Shown here piece after piece: positions 37,801 through 47,369 of a stretch of DNA of 61,714 nucleotides. Every line of letters starts with the position of its first letter. Position 1 is the stretch's first letter. The position numbers and the translations under genes were made by a program. The stretch comes from a bacterium (lineage in GTDB: Bacteria > Armatimonadota > Chthonomonadetes > Chthonomonadales > CAJBBX01): NCBI GenBank assembly GCA_021811565.1, contig JAJZOL010000147.1, positions 1 to 61,714 on the forward strand, read 5' to 3'. The notes beneath the pieces were generated by a model. That model was given only the letters and a program-made list of their open reading frames with translations, did not search any database and was not told the origin of the DNA.

Positions 37801-38433
37801 TCCGGTCCTCGACACGATTTCGGGAATAAAAACGATTATCCTGGGGATGTTCATGGATTGGCGGTTATGGATCTGTGCGAATTGTACCGTCTCACAAAGG
37901 ATAAGCGTTATTTGGAAGGAGCGATTCACATCGGACGCTACCTCAAAGCGAATGCCGACGAACTTATGACGAACGGCAACGCCATCGGTGGACTCTGCGC
38001 TCTCTGGTATGAAACGCATGAAACAGGATATCTCGAAAAAGCTGAGGAAGTTGCGGATAACCAACTCATAGGTTCCGCTTTGGATGGGAATTTCAGTCTT
38101 GTGGTGGCTCCGCAATTGGACGAATTGGATTACGCCTATCGCGCATGGATGCTTTGCGATCTGGCGCGCGCGGAAAAAAGAATGGCATATCAATTAGAAA
38201 ACAGAGACATTCATCAGGCTAAGCTTTTTCTACGTCGATCCTGGGCGCATTTGGGTGCCGCCGATTGGATGACCGAGACGTTCTTCGGGGTGAACAATCG
38301 ACAACGAAATCTTCAGGACACAACTGGCGGTTCAGCATGGGGAAATGTTGAGGTTACCGGAATGGAAATATCGGCGCTCGCTCAAATAGACTCATCCTAT
38401 CATCAAAAACCGACGGATTCGCCTATCTGGTAA
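34843..38433 (+). CDS. Large multidomain secreted protein: GATase1-like domain plus C-terminal (alpha/alpha)6 barrel
   Basis: FVQLGGALVVCG..ETYGG..GG..TPLASILPV and YGKGRVFCF (GATase1-like/DUF1355); LCELYRLTKDKRYLEGA and LWYETHETGYLEKA (six-hairpin-like). Start may be ATG 34870. Confidence 0.6.
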   Translation: MASTIRERYMRTHNKGTRHAVSLVSVLAVAFLIGIPYHRAIAKKTISISFTPNTPAEKPFLRGSNRGMEMDVHGVKWRFADGKAYFTYRFSRPGAQYALLTMDMSGEYLVKASSDGINWNTILSSHLTGNVDHYNRGYYQANLLPFFRQSPIVYVRFLDNDPSGGWGPSLYHLTLDFAPGMHPLPLPSREFATLRISASGWGQSLDQSIAHLSFNSNWLERESFIRNGTPLKQGEMKYRITHPLSFDLKTLLHDTDVVWLDAGSSHDALKRGAEAIAQFVQLGGALVVCGSWETYGGNAGGGFADTPLASILPVKIISSPDTDDNQCKLEIVHNTPFFKRVFWNGCPRFHGHNRVELRKGAHLIARWDDGDPAMAWWNYGKGRVFCFTSTPDGGWGANVRKDWSVPYGRFVRQLLQWIVKGLPFQLSQTQRIAMKTPLNLKDSWQTLYHIWRSMPAKGEINLEDARLRLAFDLTGASRLMRSGWYYAWTRKAAFGRLWNGVKSWDYLPGYNDIPPANATPTPFTPQLGYRLEMAAISAVKFAKLSHSIHALEQATKIRSQLAKYLNQSSWKPVPMPMNWAGKQMDQFLPGDSLFEQEPDWVIQCGDLNNGRSPQYMRWDISRQTKEILQTAQRVPVTTNYIDGMTTSWGESGKTTKVIGSPQSPFDLKESFFTTASTWFDEPLPYMTYFQEFRKGEIVISRHFTLVWGSPALAEIVRIENDGKTALPPSRLVTNVFPVSGRYLSLLDINGNQAISSKKGMILTQEIAPIHPGESEWRTVLTVLGTDKASLNHNVDISLNWCRIHLPIPGLPPVTWKLAAPARNNPTPSISKVGMWIHSINGFFHYLEGALLTPKGTYREVFNQRSLWTDCDLANVSRGLAIYALTTGNDAARKRTRTLLEYMMSCQAPSGAFFSRRVLDADGHARAYSLSNWCCSVAQCTYPLTLGYRLFATSDPVFAKRCLNASQRAGGWLIRDTDTDGSLFADDSGPRHDFGNKNDYPGDVHGLAVMDLCELYRLTKDKRYLEGAIHIGRYLKANADELMTNGNAIGGLCALWYETHETGYLEKAEEVADNQLIGSALDGNFSLVVAPQLDELDYAYRAWMLCDLARAEKRMAYQLENRDIHQAKLFLRRSWAHLGAADWMTETFFGVNNRQRNLQDTTGGSAWGNVEVTGMEISALAQIDSSYHQKPTDSPIW

Positions 38434-38434
38434 A

Positions 38435-38484
38435 GGGGGGTGGAGGCGTTGAGCTTGCGCCCAAATGCCCCCACCCCCAGTTTG
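38435..38484. terminator. Probable bidirectional terminator between convergent genes
   Basis: Imperfect GC-rich stem GGGGTGG.GGCGTT ... AATGCC.CCACCCC between two stop codons. Confidence 0.5.
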
Positions 38485-38496
38485 TTGAACCTAAAA

Positions 38497-39108
38497 CTAC
38501 GCAGCGAAATGAACGGAGGCTTCAAACTGGGATTCGCCAAAGAAATCCTCGCCGAGTATCTGCTTCAATGATTCTCGCAACAGTTTTCTGCCTCGATGCA
38601 ACCTGGATCGTATCGTTCCAACCGGACAACTCATAATGTACGCCGCCTCTTCGTAACTCCACTTTTCGATGTCCGTCAATCTAATCGCCTCGCGATAGTT
38701 TCCCGGCAGATTATCCAGAGCCTCGTATAACTTATCATGGTAAAACTTACGCAGGCAAATTCTTTCCGGTTCTGAATCCGGGTCTGGGACAATGTTGCCT
38801 AGTGTGGTCGCGGAGTTATCAATCGATATGGGCTGATCAAGGGATTGAATTTGAAGAGTGGATTTCCTCCTCCAACGATCAATGGCGAGGTTGGAAATGA
38901 TGCGAAACAACCAGACTTCGAAGGATAGATGCTTGTCGTATCGGTCAAACGCTTTCCATGCTTTCACGTAGGCATCTTGTGTAAGATCTTCCGCATCCGC
39001 TTCGTTACCTGTCAGCTTGCAAGCTAAACTGTACGCACGATGATAACTGCGTTTGTAGAAAGATTCGAACTCCAATCTCTGGGTTCTTTGGTGGACAGTA
39101 TTTTCCAT
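38497..39108 (-). CDS. ECF sigma-70 factor
   Basis: DAEDLTQDAYVKAWK, WLFRI..N..ID (region 2); SYEEAA.IMSCPVGTIRSRLHRGRK (region 4). Confidence 0.95.
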   Translation of the reverse strand: MENTVHQRTQRLEFESFYKRSYHRAYSLACKLTGNEADAEDLTQDAYVKAWKAFDRYDKHLSFEVWLFRIISNLAIDRWRRKSTLQIQSLDQPISIDNSATTLGNIVPDPDSEPERICLRKFYHDKLYEALDNLPGNYREAIRLTDIEKWSYEEAAYIMSCPVGTIRSRLHRGRKLLRESLKQILGEDFFGESQFEASVHFAA

Positions 39109-39253
39109 GGCTCTCCTCCTGAAGACTCTGGAAATAAACAGTTCCTTTTAAAGCGAAGTGTTTATCGCTGCTTGGACAAAATTTCCCATCATATAACGTA
39201 TAACAACAAACTTATGGATTTGAAGCAAACATACAATTACATTATAATCATAA

Positions 39254-39280
39254 AACGGTTTTTTTTGATGAGAAGTTCCC
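39254..39280 (-). promoter_or_regulatory. Candidate autoregulatory ECF promoter
   Basis: GGAAC-N17-CGTT on the minus strand upstream of the ECF sigma gene. Confidence 0.55.
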
Positions 39281-39317
39281 TTTTTTTCGAGATACGGCAT
39301 CTTATGAATGTGATTCG

Positions 39318-40670
39318 CTACATATCAAAAATCTTTGCGGGGTTCATGATCCTCAGCGGATCGAAAAGGGTTTTGATACGGCGATAGTAATCCATATTAA
39401 TCGACGGAATTGCAAGCGGCAAAAAATCCTTTTTCAGCATCCCTATACCATGCTCACCGGATAAAGTGCCCCCCACGCCCACTGCTGCACGTATTAATTC
39501 CGATGTTGCATTTTCCACTCTTCTCATCATCTCTCCGTTATTCATGTCGAAGAGAACGTTTGGATGTAGATTACCATCCCCGATATGTCCGAAAACCGGT
39601 ATCATCAAATCGTTTCTGGAAGCTATATCACGGATTTCACGCACCATGTGAATGATCTCGGAGCGCGGAACGGAGATATCCTCCCCCAGTTTGTTCGGCA
39701 TCAGTTTGGAAAGCGCGGGGGATATGGAGCGTCGTAATTTCCAAAGACGGTCGCGTTCAGGCTTCTCCATTGCCAACTCCACCCGCTTCGCCCCGTGACG
39801 ATGACATATCTCCTTAGCTAGAACAAGCTCCTTTCGCACGGATTCCAAGTAACCGTCCGATTCGATCAGAAGCATCGCCTCCACATCCGCCTCAATTCCC
39901 ATATCCCAAGTGCGTTGCACGCAATCAATGCCCGTCTTATCCACGAATTCGATAACGGACGGTAACATTCCGGATTCAAGCAATCCATTCACCGCCGACG
40001 CCGATATCTCCAAATCCTTGAAGAGCGCAAGTGTGGTGCCTGCGGTTTCCGGCAACGGGATCAGCCTCAAAGTGACCTCCGTCACCACGCCAAGAGTTCC
40101 TTCCGATCCGATAAACAGTTGGCTCAGGTTGTAGCCTGCGGCGCTTTTGATATACTTTCCGCCATCCCTTATCACTTCGCCTCCGGGAACCACAAAATGA
40201 AGCCCCCGCACATACTCCCGCGTTACGCCGTATTTCAAACAGCGCGGACCGCCCGCGCACGTGGCGACATTCCCGCCAAGAGTGCATTGCTTTAGGCTTG
40301 CAGGATCCGGGGGATAGAACAACCCCATTTTCTCCACAACTGTTTGAAAATCCCCGGTAATCACTCCCGGCTCAACCACAGCCATAAGACATTCGCGATC
40401 TATCTCGATGACACGGTTCATCGGGGCGAAATCCATCACGACTCCGCCATTCGGAGTGGATCCTCCCGCCAAGCCTGTGCCTGCTCCTCGCGGAAACAAA
40501 GGAGCGGCATACTCCTGCGCCAAACGCATTACGGCTTGCGCCTGCGCCTCCGAAGAGATATGCACAACCGCATCTGGCTGCCCGGTCAGACTTGTGGAGC
40601 CGTCATAACCGTATGCAATAAGCGAGACTTCATCGGCGCTTACGGACCCTTTCGGCATTACGCTTTCCAA
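39318..40670 (-). CDS. glcD: FAD-linked oxidase, glycolate/D-lactate dehydrogenase GlcD-like
   Basis: PRGAGTGLAGG, FYPPDPAS, GGNVAT.AGG.RCLKYG.TR, GSEGTLG, GHIGDGNLHP, SGEHGIG. Confidence 0.88.
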   Translation of the reverse strand: MESVMPKGSVSADEVSLIAYGYDGSTSLTGQPDAVVHISSEAQAQAVMRLAQEYAAPLFPRGAGTGLAGGSTPNGGVVMDFAPMNRVIEIDRECLMAVVEPGVITGDFQTVVEKMGLFYPPDPASLKQCTLGGNVATCAGGPRCLKYGVTREYVRGLHFVVPGGEVIRDGGKYIKSAAGYNLSQLFIGSEGTLGVVTEVTLRLIPLPETAGTTLALFKDLEISASAVNGLLESGMLPSVIEFVDKTGIDCVQRTWDMGIEADVEAMLLIESDGYLESVRKELVLAKEICHRHGAKRVELAMEKPERDRLWKLRRSISPALSKLMPNKLGEDISVPRSEIIHMVREIRDIASRNDLMIPVFGHIGDGNLHPNVLFDMNNGEMMRRVENATSELIRAAVGVGGTLSGEHGIGMLKKDFLPLAIPSINMDYYRRIKTLFDPLRIMNPAKIFDM

Positions 40671-40690
40671 CGCGGTTATGAAATCGGGTT

Positions 40691-42022
40691 TTATCGTATC
40701 ACACCTCGTTTATTATTCGATAGCAAAAGGTTGGTTTCCCGTGAAGAATCGCAGTTCTCCATCCGCCCCTGCATAGCCACCTCCAAAACTTCGCTGAGGT
40801 ATTTGACGTTCCATTCATCCCCCTCCGACTTGCCGGCTAAAAGTTGCAAAACGCATCCAGGGTTCGAGGTGACAATAGTATCCGCGTTCGTTTCTCGTAT
40901 AAACCTCAGCTTGCGTTCCAAAGCGTTATCCGCAATTTGCGGATTGGTCAGCCAGTAAATGCCGGCGCTGCCGCAACACCTATCCTCCTCGGTCAACTCC
41001 AAAAACTCTCCGGCGATCTTTTTTAGAATCCTTTTGGGTGGATCGCAAACTCCTTGCGCATGAGCCAAATGGCACGGAGCGTGCCATGTATAACAGCCGG
41101 GGAGGATCTCCATATCACCGATGAACGGCTCCACAAACTCGGCGAAATCCCTGACCTTCGCGCTAAAACGAAGCGCCTGATCCACATTCAACAGATGCTC
41201 ATACCCTTTCATCTCCGCCCCGCACGCGGCGCAGTCCGTAACGATAATATCCACCTCATCGAAAGCTCGAATATTGCGGCGAGCCATCTCCTTCGCGGAA
41301 TCTATCTCCCCCATGGTCATCTGCGGAGCTCCGCAACATACAATTCCACGCGGAGTCAGGACATCATATCCGAGAAGGGATAGAACACGAACGGCGCTCA
41401 ATGCCGCATCTGGGAAAAGTACATTCATGGCGCAACCGAGGAAATAACCAACCACACCCTTTTTCACCCCTGTGGCGGGAACTATCTCAGGCAAGGAGGC
41501 GCGGGCGGGTTTCCCCGGTATTTCGGGCAGATACCGATCCAGTCTCTCCAACTTCGGCATGGAGTGGAGAAGACCGGAACTGCGTAACCAATGGCGAAGC
41601 CCGGTTTGCTGATACAGAAGACGCATCGCCCCCATTCCAAACTCCATCATGCCAGCGTGCAATAGGGGGGCGTTTGTCAACATTCTCCTGATACGACGAG
41701 GTAAGCCATCCGGCATGATTTCCGCGCGTTTGAGAAGCGAAAGCTGGCCCGGATGAATGTCGTTCGGACATGCGGTTTCACAGGCTCTGCAATCCAGGCA
41801 TGTGAAAAGAGCCTCGCGCAGTTCCTTGGAATCGGCGAGACGATGGTCATTGAAGGCGCGAATTAGTTGAACCCGTCCTCTCGGGGAACGGGTTTCAAGC
41901 TGTGTGGCGGACCAAGATGGGCACGCGGATTGGCACGCCGCACAGCGACTGCATGCGGATAAGGGATCTAACTTGGACTCACCATCGCCGATATCCTTCA
42001 ATTGCTCTTTTCGATCTAACAA
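40691..42022 (-). CDS. glcF: Glycolate oxidase Fe-S subunit GlcF-like (2x[4Fe-4S] plus CCG domains)
   Basis: CSRCAACQSACP, SPRGR, CLDCRACETACP, CCGA, HAPCHL.H.Q, CCGSAG, NPGC. Confidence 0.88.
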   Translation of the reverse strand: MLDRKEQLKDIGDGESKLDPLSACSRCAACQSACPSWSATQLETRSPRGRVQLIRAFNDHRLADSKELREALFTCLDCRACETACPNDIHPGQLSLLKRAEIMPDGLPRRIRRMLTNAPLLHAGMMEFGMGAMRLLYQQTGLRHWLRSSGLLHSMPKLERLDRYLPEIPGKPARASLPEIVPATGVKKGVVGYFLGCAMNVLFPDAALSAVRVLSLLGYDVLTPRGIVCCGAPQMTMGEIDSAKEMARRNIRAFDEVDIIVTDCAACGAEMKGYEHLLNVDQALRFSAKVRDFAEFVEPFIGDMEILPGCYTWHAPCHLAHAQGVCDPPKRILKKIAGEFLELTEEDRCCGSAGIYWLTNPQIADNALERKLRFIRETNADTIVTSNPGCVLQLLAGKSEGDEWNVKYLSEVLEVAMQGRMENCDSSRETNLLLSNNKRGVIR

Positions 42023-42025
42023 TCG

Positions 42026-42886
42026 TCACGCTTTCGATTTTATGGAGGACTTTGAACGCGTTTCCTGCAATTTGATTTGCGAGTCGCGTCCCTCCAATAT
42101 CTTCAGGGATATTTCAATGACCTCCTCCGCTTCCGCTGGGGTCATTGTTCCCACGGTCACCATATCCTGAGGACGAAGGGTGTTCCAGACGAACGTTAGA
42201 GCCTGGAATGGGCGTAATTGCCCCGCCGCCATCGGTTTGATCGTCATTACAGGTTTTTTGGCGTTCCGTATCACATTCGCTACCCAATCCACCTCCACCT
42301 GCATAAGGAACCCCATGGAGTTATACATGCTGATGTAGGTCTCCACATCCAGCCCGGACTCATCGGAATAGATGATGCTCTCCGGCATATGCGTACTCAA
42401 TCCTGGAATCATCTCATATTTGCGGATCAAGGCGCACAGGTCATCCATCTTGCGAAGTGTGCGAGTGCAACGGTCCACCATGGCGTCCGTAGTGCATTGA
42501 TGCGGCAGAAGAAACTCCGCGCCCATGCTTTTATTGTGTGCGATGATTCTCTCCGCCTCGGAAAGATCGAAACCTTTCGTCGGGGTCTCCGCGTTCACCG
42601 GGAAGTGCGGGGTGGATATGATGTGGCATTTCACACCGGTGCTATCCTCGGCGTCGCATATGGCGGATTTTAAAGGATCGTTATCAATCTGCCCCATGAT
42701 GGCGTCAACGCCATTGCGTAAATAAACCTCTATGATACGCGCCATAGTCTTGCGCTCGCGTATGTTTTCCTTTATGAAATTGTCCTTGGCGGCGGTGGTG
42801 TGACTCCAACCTAAGAACCAGTTGGTTCCAATAAGCATGCGAGAAATTGACAATCCGCCGACGACCGTGCGAGGAAACTGATTCAT
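42026..42886 (-). CDS. Aldo/keto-reductase-like TIM-barrel protein of unknown function
   Basis: GLSISRMLIGTN, PGLSTH, KPVMTIKPMAAG, VTVG...P.EAEE. Start at ATG 42886 after GGAGG. Confidence 0.6.
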   Translation of the reverse strand: MNQFPRTVVGGLSISRMLIGTNWFLGWSHTTAAKDNFIKENIRERKTMARIIEVYLRNGVDAIMGQIDNDPLKSAICDAEDSTGVKCHIISTPHFPVNAETPTKGFDLSEAERIIAHNKSMGAEFLLPHQCTTDAMVDRCTRTLRKMDDLCALIRKYEMIPGLSTHMPESIIYSDESGLDVETYISMYNSMGFLMQVEVDWVANVIRNAKKPVMTIKPMAAGQLRPFQALTFVWNTLRPQDMVTVGTMTPAEAEEVIEISLKILEGRDSQIKLQETRSKSSIKSKA

Positions 42887-42994
42887 AAATACCCTCCATA
42901 GGTGTTTAGCCACCAAAACCATAATTTACCAAAGTATACCACTTGTTTATCGTTGCGTGTGGAAAATGCTTAAGCAACGGACAACCTTATCATA

Positions 42995-43750
42995 TCAATC
43001 TCGCGCCAACGCCACGGCGTATACGCGCTTAGCCCCCGCATTTTTCAACACCTTCGCACACTCTTCCAAAGTAGTCATTGTAGTGATGATATCATCCACC
43101 AGCATCACCACCTTGCCTCGTATCGCCTCCGCATCGCGCACCTCGAACGCCCCGCTCATATTCCGCCGCCGCTCTTCGATATGCAACTTGTAACTCGCAT
43201 GTGTCAGACGCTTCCGAATCAGCGCATCAATACCAAGAGGAACCTCCATGGAAAGCGAAACATGGCGAGCAAGTATCTCCGATTGATTGTAGCCCCTCTC
43301 CCATCGTCTTAACCAATGCAGGGGAACAGGGATTATCAGTTGAACATTCCGTTTGAGGTGAGGATATTTCTTCAAATATTCGCCTAACGACTTTCCAAGA
43401 ACTTCTCCCACTCTCTTTCGTCCGTCAAATTTCAAATGATGGATTGCCGTCTTGATTTCACCATCATACCCCCACGGAGCGATTGCACAATGGAGTTGCG
43501 GATTTTTTATCGCTCTGCAATCGGAGCATAATGATCCCTGCAACTCATTGGAGACCATGCGAGAACATCTTGGGCACAGGGGAGGAGTTAGCTTGGGGAA
43601 GGAAGAGAAACATTTGGAACACAAGGCGTCATCGCACGATTCGCGACATAGCACGCATACCCGGGGAAAGGTGAAATCCAATAGTCCTTCCCAAGCGTCG
43701 CGGATAAGGGAGGAATGATCGTCTGACCGCTTCTCGGCGTTCATTTTCAA
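42995..43750 (-). CDS. comF: ComF family protein (double zinc ribbon plus PRTase)
   Basis: CVLC..CSKC..CPRC..CSDC; PVPLH..R..ERGYNQS; LVDDIITT. Confidence 0.88.
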   Translation of the reverse strand: MKMNAEKRSDDHSSLIRDAWEGLLDFTFPRVCVLCRESCDDALCSKCFSSFPKLTPPLCPRCSRMVSNELQGSLCSDCRAIKNPQLHCAIAPWGYDGEIKTAIHHLKFDGRKRVGEVLGKSLGEYLKKYPHLKRNVQLIIPVPLHWLRRWERGYNQSEILARHVSLSMEVPLGIDALIRKRLTHASYKLHIEERRRNMSGAFEVRDAEAIRGKVVMLVDDIITTMTTLEECAKVLKNAGAKRVYAVALARD

Positions 43751-43756
43751 AAGATC

Positions 43757-44977
43757 CTATTTTATTGATTCTTGAAACTCCTCGGGCAATCTTTCAACTC
43801 TGCGCTTGATCTCTGCAAGGAAACGCGCCCCGCCGACTCCATTGATCAGCCTATGATCAAATGTTAAAGACATCCTTGCGACTTTTCTAAAGGCGCACGC
43901 TCCGTCAATCGCGGGATAAGCCTCATCATGAGGCGCTCCAAGAAATAACGTTGCAACCGCCGGAGCGATCACCACGGGAATGGCGAACCGGATTCCGGTG
44001 TGGGAGAGGTTCGTCAAACTCAACTGCATTACGTCACCGGTTTGGTCCTCACCCGCTTTCGCGCGTTTCATTGCGTCTTCAGCCACATCGCAGAAGCTCA
44101 CAAAGTCGAGTGTGTCGGCGTCAGGAATCCTGGCCATCACCAATTCATCATCCGGCATGGACACCGCCACACCCAAGTGAAGGTGTTCGTATTCGCGGAT
44201 TTTATTCTCGTTTAGAAGAGCGGAGCGGAATTTTGGATGGTTTTTTGAAGATTGAACGACACACCATGCGAACAAAAGGAAACGCGACGGTTTCCGGATG
44301 GCATCCGTGGGAATCCATTTTTTACGGACCTGTTCCAGCACATCCCATTGAATGAACGATTCCAACGTTGCCGGGATCGTCTGGCTCACACCTCGCTGCA
44401 ATCGATAAATGAGGGTTCGCTGTCGAGAGGTTATGGAGATATCGTTGTGGGAATAAACCCGCGTCGAAGCATCGCCGTTGATCTCTTTCATCAGGAGATG
44501 TTCCAAATCGCTCTTTTCAACCCTGCGCCCCAAATCCCGATACAGCGACAAAATCTCCTCATCCGTGATGTTTTTTTGATGCGCGTATTGTCGTTCACGC
44601 GGAGAGACATGTAGATTGCGCAGACTTGGCAGTGGGACATCCGTTACAGGCGATAAGAGACCGTTTGTCTGTTTCTCTTCGATTTCGTCCCGAGAGTATC
44701 CCCCGGTCTTGGTTACCACAGCCGCCCGAGAAAGATCATTCGAGCGAATTCTTCCTACGACAGCCCCAATTGGAAGAACCTCGCCTTCAGCGACTAGCCA
44801 TTCATCAAGAAACCCTGCCGACGGAGATTCGATTTCCATCACCGCCTTGTCGGTTTCCATCTCGAATACGGGCTCATCACGGGCAATTTCATCCCCAGGG
44901 TTTTTCAGGAATCGGATGATTCGAGCTTCCTGAAGACCCTCACCCAGTTGGGGAATAACAATTTCAGTTGCTGGCAT
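43757..44977 (-). CDS. 2-oxoacid dehydrogenase E2 acyltransferase
   Basis: Lipoyl domain ETDKA; C-terminal LTFDHRLING. Confidence 0.88.
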   Translation of the reverse strand: MPATEIVIPQLGEGLQEARIIRFLKNPGDEIARDEPVFEMETDKAVMEIESPSAGFLDEWLVAEGEVLPIGAVVGRIRSNDLSRAAVVTKTGGYSRDEIEEKQTNGLLSPVTDVPLPSLRNLHVSPRERQYAHQKNITDEEILSLYRDLGRRVEKSDLEHLLMKEINGDASTRVYSHNDISITSRQRTLIYRLQRGVSQTIPATLESFIQWDVLEQVRKKWIPTDAIRKPSRFLLFAWCVVQSSKNHPKFRSALLNENKIREYEHLHLGVAVSMPDDELVMARIPDADTLDFVSFCDVAEDAMKRAKAGEDQTGDVMQLSLTNLSHTGIRFAIPVVIAPAVATLFLGAPHDEAYPAIDGACAFRKVARMSLTFDHRLINGVGGARFLAEIKRRVERLPEEFQESIK

Positions 44978-45064
44978 GGGATATCTGTTCCGCTCCTTTG
45001 ACTGAAAGAGATTATTAACATTACCACCAAAGAGTGAAAGGCGATCCTATCACATCGTGCTTTG

Positions 45065-47059
45065 TTATTGCGGATGAACTAAATCCAGCAAAGCTTTGAG
45101 TGTGCGATCCACATCCGGCAGGGATGCATATTCCAAATGGGGTGCAAAGGGAACAGGAACATCCTCTCTCGCTAATAATACGGGAGGATCGCTGAGCAGA
45201 TTCCATCGTTCCGGTTTCGTGACGATTTCTGAAATGATAGTCTGACCGAAGCTCCCCGTCTTTGCATCCTCCTCGATCACTAACAATCGTCCCGTCTTCA
45301 AGAGAGAAGCGCATATTCCCTCCCAATCACATGGCACGAGGGTTCGTAAATCCAACACCTCAACGCTAATCCCGTGAGATTGAGCTTGATCCGCAACTTC
45401 CAATGCCACCTCAATACAATTCCCCCAACTCACCAAGGTGACATCGGTCCCCTCTCTTCTAATCGCTAGTTTGCCAAAAGGTATTGGAGCGAATGATTCC
45501 GGAGATGCCTCTCGCTTTCGAAATATATGCTTGGGTATTAGATAAAGTGTTGGATTGTCGCTTTCTATCGCTGTCAACAGCAATCCAGCGGCATCCTCGG
45601 GAGTGCTCGGAGAAACGACTTCTATGCCCGCCAAATGCGCCCATATTCCCTCATTGGTTTGACTATGCCATGGTCCGCCGCCGGGTAGATACGCCCCACA
45701 GGGAGCGAGTAGAACCATGGGACATGTCCATGCACCGCAGGTTCTCCACCGCAAAGTCGATACCTGAGTGGAAAGTTGGTTGAAGCCAGTGGTGATAAAG
45801 TCAATGAATTGAATCTCGAATATGGGCTTAGCCCCAGTTGCGGCTAGCCCCACGGCTGTTCCGATAATTGTCGCCTCGGCTAAAGGAGAGTTGAGTACCC
45901 TGCCGGGAAATGAGGAACTCAATCCTTTTGTAAGTCCGAAAACTCCGCCTTTGGGGTCTTCGATATCCTCACCCATCATAATTACCCGAGGGTCCGTTTC
46001 CAACGTATGACGGAGCGTATCATTGATCGCCGTCACCATGGTAACGCTATCAGCATCGGCGGGCTTAATGCATGCATCGAGATCAATGGGTTTTTGCTGC
46101 GCCATCATATGATCTCGAAGTGCGCTTGTTGAAGGCAGCGGCGCCTCCTCGGCTTTCAAGTAATCCCGCTCCACCTTTAGGGCTATTTGATCCTTGATGC
46201 ACTCCCACTCCTCGGCTGATATGACGCCTTCCTGAATGAGGCGATCTTTCGTCTGTGCAATCGGATCCAACAAGATTATATCTTCCAAATCCTGCTCGGG
46301 ACGGTAAACCCTTTGATCATCCGAGGATGTATGGGAGCACAATCGATCCAGTTCGCACCAAAGCACTGTGGGACCTTCACCCGCCCGCGCTTTCTCAACG
46401 GCGATAACGCCATGACGATAAATAACATCCGGCACTCGACCATCCAAACGCACATAATGCTCATCGTTGAATACCCCCAGACGATAGGGATTTTGATGGA
46501 TGGTGTTGGTGCTTATGCCATACAAATTATCCTCGACCACAAACACGATCGGGAGTTTTTCCTGAATTGCAAATGCGACCGCCTCAAAATACTCTCCCTG
46601 CCTAAGAGAGGCGTCTCCTATGGTGCAAAGAACGACGGAGTGTTCCCCGTTTCTTCGCAAATTCCATGCGCATCCCACTGCAGGCAGACATTGGCTCGAT
46701 GTAGGAGTGGCGATAGAGAAAATATTCAACGGACGGCTGCTGTAATGCCCGTGCATGGGGCGACCGGAGCCGTTCACGTCCTCTCTCGCAAAGAAGCTAA
46801 GAGCGATCTCATAGGTGGACAAACCACGGGCAATGCAAAGAGCACGGTCGCGATAGTAGGGAAACAGAAAGTCTTCAGGGCCAAGAAGAAAAGAGAGAAC
46901 GGCGATAGCCTCATGGCCCATGCCTGCGACCTGAAATATCCCGCGGTTTTGTCTCAGTAAAATGCCTTCACGACGGTCTCCCTGACGCGATTCCTCCATG
47001 ATGCGAAGCAACGGCAACGCGGGATAGCTCTGAGAAATATCCATAATAGCTGATTTCAT
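45065..47059 (-). CDS. 2-oxoacid dehydrogenase E1, fused alpha+beta (probably branched-chain type)
   Basis: GHEA, PYYRD, GDA...EDN.YGIS TPP motif, HTSSDD; beta half GEDI...GGVF, SPLAEATI.G, EIQF.DF, HSQ. Confidence 0.9.
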   Translation of the reverse strand: MKSAIMDISQSYPALPLLRIMEESRQGDRREGILLRQNRGIFQVAGMGHEAIAVLSFLLGPEDFLFPYYRDRALCIARGLSTYEIALSFFAREDVNGSGRPMHGHYSSRPLNIFSIATPTSSQCLPAVGCAWNLRRNGEHSVVLCTIGDASLRQGEYFEAVAFAIQEKLPIVFVVEDNLYGISTNTIHQNPYRLGVFNDEHYVRLDGRVPDVIYRHGVIAVEKARAGEGPTVLWCELDRLCSHTSSDDQRVYRPEQDLEDIILLDPIAQTKDRLIQEGVISAEEWECIKDQIALKVERDYLKAEEAPLPSTSALRDHMMAQQKPIDLDACIKPADADSVTMVTAINDTLRHTLETDPRVIMMGEDIEDPKGGVFGLTKGLSSSFPGRVLNSPLAEATIIGTAVGLAATGAKPIFEIQFIDFITTGFNQLSTQVSTLRWRTCGAWTCPMVLLAPCGAYLPGGGPWHSQTNEGIWAHLAGIEVVSPSTPEDAAGLLLTAIESDNPTLYLIPKHIFRKREASPESFAPIPFGKLAIRREGTDVTLVSWGNCIEVALEVADQAQSHGISVEVLDLRTLVPCDWEGICASLLKTGRLLVIEEDAKTGSFGQTIISEIVTKPERWNLLSDPPVLLAREDVPVPFAPHLEYASLPDVDRTLKALLDLVHPQ

Positions 47060-47340
47060 GCTCAGATCCTAAAAACGTCATTTATCCGGACATTATTCAT
47101 AAAGGCGAAATGTTATCCTGGAACGATGGCGCACTCCGATGAGAGGTACTCAACGGCGAATTAAAGGGAGTCTCCCTGAACAAGGCGACGCCAAAAGATA
47201 ATTAACTTTCATTATACCCCTATCAAAAGCGGATATTTGGATTCAATCCGGTTTCGGCATAACCGGTTATTTGCCCCCTCTCCTCTTTTTGACAAAGATT
47301 GGAATGGATCGGAAACGAGGGGTTTTCGCCTCTGTTCCTG

Positions 47341-47369
47341 TTGACAAATTTCTATATAGATGCTATAAT
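47341..47369 (+). promoter_or_regulatory. Perfect-consensus sigma70 promoter for gyrB
   Basis: TTGACA-N17-TATAAT with a TG extension (TGcTATAAT). Confidence 0.85.

Noticed and set aside
39318-42022. glcD-glcF without glcE
   Set aside because: A two-gene arrangement is known, e.g. in Bacillus.
43757-44977. E2 DHRLING instead of DHRxxDG, and no adjacent E3
   Set aside because: The Asn variant occurs in active E2 enzymes, and E3 is often encoded elsewhere.
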